From the NCBI GenBank assembly GCA_036785375.1, contig JAWMAR010000836.1, positions 186,001 through 250,000 of the forward strand: a stretch of DNA of 64,000 nucleotides, read 5' to 3'. The notes under the pieces were generated by a model. The model was given only the letters and a program-made list of their open reading frames with translations, was not told the DNA's origin and searched no databases. Below, in pieces: positions 11,237 to 21,944 of this stretch. How positions within the stretch are numbered: position 1 is the stretch's first letter; each line of letters begins with the position of its first letter. The translations under genes were made by a program, and so were the position numbers. Origin of the DNA: Leucoraja ocellata. Its lineage: Eukaryota.

Positions 11237-13572
11237 GTCAGTCTTTACTGGGTAGTAACTGGATGTGATTCACTTTTATTCACAATCTAAATCTTAATTC
11301 GGAGCAATTTTTTAAACTTTAGTGTTTAATAATGCATGTAACATGCAACAAAGAATTGTAACAGTTATATGGGCAGCACAGAGACGCAGTGATAGAGTTG
11401 CAGTGTCACAGGGCCATAGACTTGGGATTGATTCTGATTACGGGCGCTGTCTGTACGGAGTTTGCACGTTCTCCCTGTGACCGCGTGGGTTTTTTTCTGG
11501 CTGCTGTGGCTTCCTCCCACGTTCCAAAGACGTGCAGGTTTATAGGTTAATAATTGGCTTCTGTAAATTGTTCCTCGTGTGTACATTAGAAGTAGTGTAT
11601 GGGTGACGAGGGCTAGAGGTGAAAAGGAGACACGTCCCAAGTAAAAAGAGGAGTGAAATATGAAGCTGGAGGGAGGGTTATTGGTGGAAGGGGATAGGGT
11701 GGTGGGGAGGAGAATGAATGGGGCTGAGGTAAATTGTGACTCTGTTATGGGAGTTGACTGTATGGATGAGGGGAAAGGAACAGGGTGAATGAGGTAGAGG
11801 GTAGGAGATAGTTGGAGAAATGTGTGAGTACGGTAGTGGGAGGGGCAGGGGAAAGAGAAGGGAGGTATTATATTACTTAATTAGAGAGCCCTGGACGGTG
11901 TTCCCTTTTGTAGGCTATGTCGCTGTGGCAGAGAGTGCATGGATGTGGGTGTATGCAACAATTTGTGCGCAGCAAGTGTGGGAAGTGGGAAATGTTAAAA
12001 ATGTAATAATTTTCTATATTTGCATGCAACTGCTTAACAGATTAATTTGAGGATTTAAATGTCTTGCTCAGTTCACGAGGCTTGCAGCTAGGGTTAAGTA
12101 GTGAACTTTGTCTGCAGCTGGTCTTAGAAACATAGAAAATAGGTGCAGGAGTAGGCCATTCGGCCCTTGGAGCCTGCACCGCCATTCAATATGATCATGG
12201 CTGATCATCCAGTCGGTATCCTGCACCTGCCTTCTCTCCATACCCCCTGATCCCTTTAGCCACAAGGGCCACATCTAACTCCCACTTAAATATAGCCAAT
12301 GAACTGGCCTCAACTACCTTCTGTGGTCTAGTCTATCAAGTCTATCAAGTCTTCATATGAAAGTCCTGACATCCTAGGAATCAGTCTGGTGAACCTTCTC
12401 TGTACTCCCTCTATGGCAGGAATGTCTTTCCTCAGATTAGGTCTTCCTGGCGCAGTGAGTGATCACTTGACCCTGGTGCAGTGAGTGATAATGTTTCCCT
12501 TCCCCTGCCTTTACACTCACATGCACGTTGTGGCCAGGTCATGTAGGTAGTGACTGGGATAAATTCCATTGTCGCCTAAACAAATCGCCGAGTGGCGCAG
12601 GCCCTTAACAGTTTGTTCTTTTCATTGTTATTGTCTTTATTTTAATTGAGAAAACTAACAAAGAGAAAGGGACTTTCTCTTCTGAGAAACGGGTAGCACA
12701 GCTGGTCGAGCTGCTGCCCTCACAGCGCCAGGGACCCAGATTCAATCCTAACCACATGTGCTGTCTATCTGGAGTTGACACATTCTCCCTGTGATTGCGT
12801 AGGTCTCCTCTGGGTGCTCTGGTTTCCTCCCACATCCCAAATATGTGCAGAATTGTAATTTAATCGGCCTCTGTAAGATTTGCCCTGGTGTGCAGGGAGT
12901 GGATGAGAAATCGTGTTTCCATGATACAGCCGTGATACTGTGTGAATGTAAAAGCCCACCTCAAAGGCATTTCTTTTCATTATAATGTGAATGGGAACCA
13001 AAGACAAATTTGTTTTTCATAATGGTGCACAAGTCAATTTCCAACAATTGACGTGGGAGAGTGAAATGATCTTTGAGGGGTATTTTTTTCACCGAGAGTG
13101 GTGGGTGTATGGAGTGAGCTGCCAGTGGAGGCAGATGGAGTGGTACAATAACAACATTTGGAAGACACAAAGTGCTGGAGTAACTTGGTGGTTCTGGCAG
13201 CATCTCTGGAGAACATGGATAGGTGATGTTTCGGGTCGGGACCCTTCATCAAACTGCTGTTGTCTATCAATGTTCTCCAGAGATACTGTCTGACCAGCTG
13301 AGTTACTTCAGCACTTTGACATTTTATGTAAACCAGCATCTGTAGTTGCTATTACAACATTTAAAAGACGTTTGAACAGATATACGAATGGGGAAGGTTG
13401 GAGGGGTTGAGTCAAATACGGGCAAATGGGACTGGCTTCTTGGTCGGAGTGGAAGAGATGTAACAGATTAGATTAACTCTGACTTAAGTCTTCTACGCTA
13501 GGCAAACTTGTGCTGAATTAAATACTTGCAGATATGCAACTTACCTGACTGACCTTTCTCCCCTTCTACCAG

Positions 13573-13716
13573 GACCGATATCCAGTGTACTTGTCAATCG
13601 CTTTGGTTGTCGTCCTGTGATGATGGTGGGAGGTTTATTTGCATCAGCGGGTATGATCCTGGGGTCACTGTGCACCAGCATCATCCAGATCTACCTTACG
13701 GTTGGCGTTATGACTG
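13573..13716 (+). CDS. slc16a3: MCT4 coding exon 2
   Basis: ttctaccAG|ga..., (G)[20 protein letters not shown]...VMTG, donor GTaagg at 13717; 144 nt, phase 1-1. Confidence 0.96.
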
Positions 13717-13768
13717 GTAAGGAGCTGTTAAAGCTAAAATGTAACTTTTTTTTAAATAAAGCTATATA

Positions 13769-15001
13769 CAGGTGCACAACCTTTTATCCGGAGTTCCAGA
13801 AACCGAAAAGCTCCGAAAACCGGCCATTTTTTCCAGATGTCGTCTGCGCACCAAAGCTCGCGTTTGGCGCCAAACTTGACCCAAAACGACCCACAGTCAA
13901 CCCAGGTCTGTACTACTGTAGCGGCTGCCTCCTCCCCGGAGACTGGGAGACGCTTAAACATCTGTAAATCATTGCTTAAATGTTAGTCAGTTAGTTTGGA
14001 GGGCTTTTATGTGAAGGGGGGATTGAAGGGGTAAACTTTAATTCTTAGTCCCCTACCTGGTCGGAGAGGCGGGGAGCGGTCAATGCCTTACCGGGTCGCC
14101 GTGCAGTAAGCTCCGCAGCGCTGAGGCCGGTGGGGCTGCGGGCGGCGCCGGTTGTAGCTCCGACCCCGGCAACTCTACCCCTGGCTCCGAGGCGCTCCAA
14201 ATCCAGCGCGGCCCGCGGCCGGACGCCCCAGCTCCGCGAATGTCGGGAGTCGGCGGCGTCGCAGCGCTGGGATACCAGCGGGGAGCGGGCAATGCCTTAC
14301 CGGGTCACCGTGCGGCAAGCTCCGGAGCGCTGTGGCCGCCGACACACAACATCGCGGAGCGTCGCTGGATTTGGAGCCGCGGAGCCAGGGGTAGAGTTGC
14401 CGAAGTCGGAGCTCCAACCGGCGCCGCCCGCGGCCGGACGGAGCCCCCAGCTCCGCGGCTCCAAATCCAGCGACGCTCCGCGAATGTTGGGACTCGGCGT
14501 CCACAGCGCTCCGGAGCTTGCCGCACGGTGACCCGGTAAGGCATTGCCCGCTCCCCGCTGGTATCCCAGCGCTGCGACGCCGCCGACTCCCGACATTCTC
14601 GGAGCTGGGACGTCCGGCCGCGGGCCGCGCTGGATTTGGAGCGCCTCGCAGCCAGGGGTAGAGTTGCCGGGGTCGGAGCAACAACCGGTGCCGCCCGCGG
14701 CCGGACGGAGCCCCCAGCTCCGCGATGTTGGGAGTCGGCGACCAGGTAGGGGACTAAGAATTAAAGTTTCCCCCTTCACCCTACTCCACCACCACCACAT
14801 AAAATCCCTCCAAACTAACTGACTAACATTTATGCAATGATTCCCCGGTCTCCGGGGAGGAGGCAGCTGCTCCAGACTTTTCAAGCCGCCCGCGCTACCT
14901 ACCTAATCTACGCTAAAAATCTTCCATTCTGAAATCCGAAAATGTCCGAAATCCGACAAGTGTCTGGTCCCAAGGCTTTCGGATAAAAGGTTGTGCACCT
15001 G
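13769..15001. mobile_element. Tc1/mariner (pogo/Tigger-like) non-autonomous element, GC-rich foldback
   Basis: TA|CAGGTGCACAACCTTTTATCCG...CGGATAAAAGGTTGTGCACCTG|TA; nested internal inverted repeats. Confidence 0.9.
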
Positions 15002-16415
15002 TACATGGATATTAGAAATACGATCTGGGCCACTTAGGAAAGGATGAGGAACATCTGTAGGGAATGGTTCGTAAGTTCATTGCTGACCTGAAATGGTGAT
15101 CGTAGTAAGGGTCAGCCAGACTAAAGAAGGGTTCAGACACAAGGCCTTGCCTACTCCTTTTCTCCAGAGATGCTGCCCTGACCCACTGAGTTACTCCAGC
15201 ATTTAGTCTATCGTTTATTGTCACGTGTACAGAGTTATCGTGACTTTTGTTGCATGCGGGAAGACTATACACAATTGCAATCAAGCTGTCCACTGTGGTG
15301 TACAGATAAAGGGAATAACATTTTGTGCAAATTAAGTCGGGTAAATTGTCAGTTACTACCTTTTCATTTGGAAGGTAAAATCTTGTTATTGTCCACTGGT
15401 ACCAAGAATCACACACATCTACAACACTACTTCACCTATGATAATGTCAAATTAACCTCCCTTGGGTAGCTTACAACCCAACACTATGAACAATGAATTC
15501 TCCAATTTTATGTAACATCCCAATCAGCCCCCGCCCCCCCCCCCCCTCCCCCACCTTCCCTGTTTCCCTGTCTCCCACCTAGACAACATTAATTTCTCCT
15601 AATATCCCCATCTCCATCCACCCGCTCTGGCTTCCCATTTCAGTCCCCTTTCCTCGCCTCGCACCTTTTTATCTTTTCATCACTGGCCTTTTTCCAATCC
15701 ATCTGCCAATTATACTCTTCCTTGCTGGTATCTGGCTATCACTTGCCAGTCTTTGTCCCACCCCACCTATCTCTTCCAGCTTTCTCCCCACTACTCATCA
15801 GTCCGAGGAAGTATCTAGACCTGGAACATCACCAATTCACATCCTCCAGAAATGCTGCCTGACCCGAGTTACTCCAGTATTATACACAAAAATGCTGGAG
15901 AAACTCAGCGGGTGCAGCAGCATCTATGGAGAGAAGGAAATAGGTAACGCTTCGGGCCGAAACCGAAGGAAATGGGTAACTCCAGTATTATGTTTTTTTG
16001 TAAACCAACATCTGCAGTTCCTTGTCTGCAGAGATATCTTGATCGGTGCAGTGAGTTTGCCTTTGGCTCCAAACTCCAGTGCCCTTGCGCATTTCAATTC
16101 TCGTGTGGGAGGTTGTAAAAATAGCCTGCGCTGGGTCCAGTTGTCTAGTTAGAGTTGAAGATGCTGTTAGTGTTTGTACAGGCAGCAGAGCAACTGTATC
16201 CAGCCAATCGACCAAATTCCAATTTCCTATTGATCATCTTTTCACTAAAGATCAATATAGAATGAAAATGAGGATTTGAACTCGCAGGAAAGATTTAGGG
16301 GGAGATATACTATGATATTTAATATATCTGCATCCATGTATGCTTGCTTAAAATGAAACTGATTTCATTTAATTGTGAATAATCTCTCCTGATTACCCTA
16401 AAAGAAGTAATCAAA

Positions 16416-16733
16416 GGTGGTACAGTGATGCAATGGGTAGTGCTGCTGCCCCTAAAGTGCCAGAGACTCTGGTTTGATCCTGACCTCTGGTGCTGTCTGT
16501 GTGGAGTTTTCCCATTCTCCCTGTGACTGTGTGGGTTTCCTCCGGGTGCTCTAGTTTCCTTCCCACATTGTAAAGACGTGCGGTTTTGTAGATTAATTGG
16601 CTGTAAACTGTTCCTAGTGTGTAGGGAGTGGATGAGGAAGTGGGATAAACACAGAACTAGTGTGAACGGGTGATCGATGGTCGGCGTTGACTCGGTGGGC
16701 TGAAGCTTCCATGCTCGAAACTAAAACTAAACC
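16416..16733 (+). mobile_element. HE1-like V-SINE
   Basis: tRNA-like head, V-domain ctgtctgtgtggagttt...tgggtttcctccgggtgctc, (ctaaa)n tail. Other copies at ~5495-5860, 11370-11610, 12690-12910, 29252-29540, 29958-30245, 31320-31605, 32860-33070(-), 56400-56500(-), 57650-57905. Confidence 0.85.
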
Positions 16734-16753
16734 AAACTTGTTTTTTCTCCCAG

Positions 16754-17533
16754 GTCTGGGTCTGGCCTTGAACTTTCAACCATCCCTCATCATGATAAAC
16801 CGCTACTTTGACAAGCGACGGCCGTTAGCTAATGGCCTGACTGCAGCTGGGAGCCCCGTCTTTCTGTGTACCCTCTCACCGTTGGGCCAAGTACTGATCA
16901 AGACGTACGGGTGGCGAGGGGGCTTCCTCATCTTTGGGGGTCTGCTGCTCAACTGCTGTGCCTGTGCAGCTCTGATGAGACCACTGCGGCCAAGCGGCAA
17001 AGAGAAACCCCAGCTGAAAGAGGAGAAGGAGACACCAGTGAAGAAGCACAAAATGCAGCTGCTGGATTGCTCTGTTTTCAAGAACCGAGGTTTTCTCATT
17101 TACACCATCGCGGCGTCCGTCATGGTCTTTGGACTCTTTGTTCCTCCTGTCTTCGTCGTAAACTATGCAAAAGACTTGGGAATACCAGACACAGACGCTG
17201 CTTTCTTGTTATCCATCTTGGGATTCGTCGACATTTTCGCCCGCCCGCTCTGCGGTATTCTCGCGGGTACAAAGTTCATGCGCCCCCGATGTGTATATTT
17301 CTTTGGCTTTGCAATGCTCTTCAACGGGATCACTGATTTGGGCGGCTCCTTTGCTCACGATTATGTCGGACTGACAGTGTTCTGTATTTTCTTTGGAATG
17401 TCCTATGGAATGGTGGGCGCCCTGCAGTTCGAGGTGTTGATGGCCATTGTTGGAACCCAGCAGTTCCCCAGTGCGATCGGACTGGTGTTGTTGATGGAAG
17501 CCATGGCCGTGTTGGTAGGCCCACCAGGTGCTG
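16754..17533 (+). CDS. slc16a3: MCT4 coding exon 3
   Basis: ttttttctcccAG, [28 protein letters not shown]...DIFARP...LVGPPGAG, donor GTaagt at 17534; 780 nt, phase 1-1. Confidence 0.97.
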
Positions 17534-17998
17534 GTAAGTACATGTGCACGCGTGTGCGAGCGTGTTCACTCCAACATTAACAAGAAACAAAGGTGGGGGG
17601 GGGGGGGGGGGAAATTGAACAAAATGTTTCAATGACACAAATGGGGGGCAGGGGGGAGGAAGGAAGGAAGAATCATAAATGTGATTCCAGTGAGTCTATT
17701 CACCAGAGCAATCGGGAGTGGAGATACCAGAAGCAAAAACAAAGACTGGGAAGGGTAGATGTGGTGGAGTTGCAGACAATGAGGAAGGCAGTCAGAAGAA
17801 AAAGAGGGCTATAGACCAGCTGCAGAATAGGTGGAGAAATGGCAGATGGGGTTTAACCTGGGGAAGTGCAAGGTGTTGCAAACTGGGAGGTTGAATTCAA
17901 GGAGGGAGTATACAGTTAATGGAAAAACCGTTGCAGGCATTGATTGCAGAGGGATAGAAACATAGAGTCCAAGTTCATCGGTCACTATGGTGACAATA

Positions 17999-20371
17999 CA
18001 GGTGCACAACCTTTTATCCGAAGATCCAAATAACGAAAACCTCCGAATAGCGACATTTTTTCAGTCCTTGAAAAAAGGTCCTTGAAAACGTTCACGGAGG
18101 GCGGCCCGCAGAGGTGACAGAGGAACCTCCGGTCGGTCCTCGAAGAAAGGGGAACTAAATCCCCATCCATAAAAGAGAAGGTGAGGGTATATTGCGCGGG
18201 AGGGTTAATAATTGACAATCTGCTGCTGCCTGCCCGCTCAGTTAAAAAATTCCCACGGTAGACTCACGATACACAGTGGATCGTGAGTCTTGCATGAGAA
18301 CTTTTTATCTCAGCGGGCAGGCAGCAGCAAATTGTCGCTCCCTTACGTTTCACCCCACCTACACCCCTCTGCTTCCCGGCCATGTGTGTGACCCCTTCCC
18401 TCCCCTCTCCAGCTCCCCGCCCATTGCACCGGCGCGGGGGCTTTGCACTGCCTTCACGTCGGAGCTAGTGCCAGAGATGTCAGGCCCAACGGGACACCGA
18501 CCCCCAGGCCCACTGCAAGCACGGAGATCCCAGAGACCCGCAGCCAGCAGCAGCCCAGCCCCGTTCCAACTCCAGAGGAACACGCTCCCCGTAGGGACCG
18601 AAGCTGATGGTGTGCAAGGTGCGTCTTGGTCTTGAGGTTGCAGATGAGGGGGCGCAGCTCGGGCTGTGACGTCTCCGGCCACCCCCCTGTACAGGAGCTG
18701 AGACTGGGAACTGTGGGGTTGTTTGCAGTTGCAGAGGGAGGGGGCAAGGGCGGTACAGTTCCCAGTCTCAGCTCCATTCCAGGGGGGTGACCGGAGACTT
18801 CAGGACCAACGGGACACCGACTGCAAGCACGGAGATCCCAGAGACTCACAGCCAGCAGCAACTCTAGCCCAGCCCCGCTCCAACTCCAGAGGAACCCGGG
18901 TTGCAGATGAGGGGGCGCAGCTCGGGCTGTGGGCGAACTGCCACTTGTCGCCGTAGCGGCCCATCGGGGAGCGGGTTCCTGTTGGTCCTGACGTCTCCGG
19001 CCACCCCCCTGGACAGGAGCTGAGGGACGTCAGGACCAAAGATCCTAGAGGAGCTAGGATCTTTGGTCAGGACCACCAGAAGCCGCTCCCCGATGCGCCG
19101 CTACAGCGACAAGTGGCAGTTCGCCCACAGCCCGAGCTGTGCCCCCTCATCTGCCACCCGGGTTCCTCTGGAGTTGGAGCGGGGCTGGGCTGGACACCGA
19201 CCCCCAGGCCCACTGCAAGCACGGAGATCCCAGAGACTCACAGCCAGCAACAACTCTAGCCCAGCCCCGCTCCAACTCCAGAGGAAAACTGCGAACTAGC
19301 GGGAGACATCGGGACCACCAGAAGCCGCTCCCCGATGCGCCGCTACGGCGACAAGTGGCAGTTCGCCCACAGCCCGAGCTGTGCCCCCTCATCGGGACAC
19401 CGACCCCCAGGCCCACTGCAAGCACGGAGATCCCAGATCAGCAACTCCAGCCCAGCCCCGCTCCAACTCCAGAGGGGCAGCTGCTGCTGGTGCGTAAGGT
19501 GCGTCTTGTTCTTGAGGTCGCGCAGCTCGGGCTGTGGGCGAACTGCCACTTGTCGCCGTAGCGGCCCATCGGGGAGCGGATTCCTCTGGTGTTGGGGGTG
19601 GGGGGGGGAGGGGGAGGGGGGTATTGTGCTGTTTGATCGCCCCCTGCTATCCCAGGGACAGGGAAACAGGACGTTCACCGAGGGCGGCCCGCAGAGGTGA
19701 CAGCGGAACCTCCGGTCGGTCCTCGACGAAAGGGGAACTAAATCCCCATTCATAAAAGAGAAGGTGAGGGTACATTGACCGGGAGAGTAGGAATCCCAAG
19801 ACAAAGTTGAGTGAGCGTTCACCGAGGGTGGCCCGCAGAGGTGACAGGGAACCTCGGGTCGGTCCTGGAAGAAAGGGGAACTAAAAAGAGAAGTGGAGGG
19901 TATATTGCGCGGGAGGGTATATCGCCTACCTGGAAGAAACCAGACATTTTTTCCAGGATGTCTGCACACCAAAGCTCACGTTTGGCGCCTCTGCTGCACA
20001 CGGATATCAGAGTGTGAAAATGTCGCCTTAGGCCGCCTTAGGGCATGTAGCCCCGCTAGGGTGACATGAGTGCGGGAGGTGATTCAATGCTGCGGTCACA
20101 TTTACAAATTCAGGAACTCATTCAACACACTGCATTTCATACAGACATTTATTCTGCAAGAAAAAAACTACACTGAAGACTCAAACTCGCGACCGAGGAA
20201 CTGCCGGGATCAAGGCGCAAACTCGCGACCTTGCGGATATGAGCCGGGCACTCGACCACTGAGCCAGCCATTAAAATCTACGCTAAAAAATTTCCATTCC
20301 GAAGACCGACAAATTCCAAATTACGAAAAGTGTCTGGTCCCAAGGCTGTCGGATAAAAGGTTGTGCACCTG
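17999..20371. mobile_element. Second element of the same TIR family with a different interior
   Basis: Identical 22-bp TIRs and TA TSD; inserted in a CR1 fragment; scrambled GC-rich direct and inverted modules. Confidence 0.9.
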
Positions 20372-20373
20372 TA

Positions 20374-20985
20374 CAAGTAGATAGGGTGGTAAAGGTGGGA
20401 TATGGAATGCTTGTTTTCATTGCTAGGGGCATTGATTGAGTAAGAGTCGGGAAGTCAAGATGCAACTATAGGAATTTGGTTGGGCTGCATTTGGAATATC
20501 GTGTGCAGTCCTGTTTGCCTCATTACAGGTAAGGTGTAGAAGCTTTGGAGGGTATGCAGAGGAGGTCTATCAGAATGCTGCCTGGATTAGAGGCTTTCAA
20601 CTACAGGGAGAGGTTGGATAGACTTGAGATTGTTTTCTCTGCAACATTGGAGGTTGAGTGCAGATTTGTTAGAAGTATTTAAAATTATCTGGCATAGATA
20701 GGATAGACAGTCCGAACCTTTTCCCCCAGCATCAGAGGGCATAACAATGAGGTGCGAGGGAAAGTTTAATGGAATAGGCAGGGCAAGTTTTTACACACAG
20801 GTGGCAGGGCCTGGGATGCACTGCCATTGGTGGAGGCAGATACGATAGCGCTGTTTAAGATGCACATGGATATGCAGGGAACGGAGAGATATGGATTATG
20901 TGCAGGCAGAAGAACTCCATTCAGCTAGGCATCATGTTTGACACAAACATTGGGCTAAAGACCTGTTTTTGTACTATAGTGTTAT
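20374..20985 (+). mobile_element. Degenerate CR1 fragment (left part at ~17860-17996)
   Basis: Similarity by eye to the other CR1 RT 3' regions; similar decayed fragments at 12125-12440, 31870-32300, 33165-33630, 37615-38050, 39410-39785, 55110-55450, 60720-60930, 61945-62310. Confidence 0.7.
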
Positions 20986-21123
20986 ACGTTGCTGAGAATG
21001 ATCTTGAATACCTGCTTTAACCATGTGGGGTAAACTGTTTTTGCTTGAGCTGTTTGCTTGCATGAATGCTGGGTTTTGTGTGACGAAGGTATTAATTTTT
21101 CTTTTGCACTGTACCTGTTACAG

Positions 21124-21404
21124 GGAAACTGTTGGATTATACAAAGGTTTACAGGTATGTTTTTTACTTGGCTGGCACCGAGGTGCTCCTCTCGGCCCTG
21201 ATACTGACTGTCGGAAACTTTTTCTGCATAAGTGGGAAAGCTAAACCACCTGAGACTGAGCCGAAGGACGCTGTGCAAGAGGCGAGGCCAGGGGAGCTGG
21301 ACCAAGAGCAGGGAACTGTGGAATCTGTGGAAGTGGACCAGTTCCTGAAAAGCGACACGGAAGATAATGGGGAAATTGTGCCGACGCCCGAAACCAGCGT
21401 ATGA
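21124..21404 (+). CDS. slc16a3: MCT4 terminal coding exon
   Basis: ttacAG|gg aaa ctg ttg gat; GKLLDYTKVYRYVFYLAGTEV...TPETSV*. The C-terminal PETSV matches MCT4 rather than MCT3. Spliced CDS 1428 nt = 475 aa. Confidence 0.95.
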
Positions 21405-21938
21405 ATCTCCGAAGAGGACGAACAGAATGTTTACAAAAGTCAATAAGAAATGGAGTCTGTACATTTATTTAGGAATGTGAGGTATCTTCTTGTATTGGTG
21501 AGAGTAGTTTATTTAATGGTGCAGAATATTTTTGTGACTTTTGTTTTAATTTGCTGCCTTGCATTTGTCATTCAGTGTGTCTTTACAGAAAACGTTATTT
21601 GAATGTGGTCCAATGTGGGGATTGGAGTATCAAATCTACCCTGCGGTTCCACAAAGCTATAGAAATGGGAAAAGTGGCCAGATGTACAACCTACTCTCTG
21701 CTAACAATGTTGGTGACAACGGGACCCTTGTTAAGAAATTGTCCACAATTGAAAATGTCCGCAGTTTACTTGGCAGGAGGATTCCAGTTGTGAACCAGCA
21801 TGGGTCAACTATTTTTAAAGGAGGCAGAAGTGAACCAGATACAAATAAGCTCCATCTGAAATTCTAACCTAGTGTTTTATTTATCAATTAAGGAGGCAAC
21901 TAAACTGCAAGTATGTACCGATCTTACAAGGCAATTAA

Positions 21939-21944
21939 AATAAA
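21939..21944 (+). terminator. Candidate polyadenylation signal of slc16a3
   Basis: First AATAAA I found in the AT-rich region after the stop; further AATAAA near 24337 and 24369; usage unknown. Confidence 0.35.

Noticed and set aside
14080-14884. Overlapping 70-195 aa ORFs
   Set aside because: Stop-poor GC-rich inverted repeats inside a MITE; no protein motifs
16687-16753. N-terminal extension of the 297-aa ORF
   Set aside because: SINE tail and intron sequence upstream of the true acceptor
18276-20017. Cluster of ORFs up to 209 aa
   Set aside because: Repetitive interior of the second TA-flanked element; no transposase motifs
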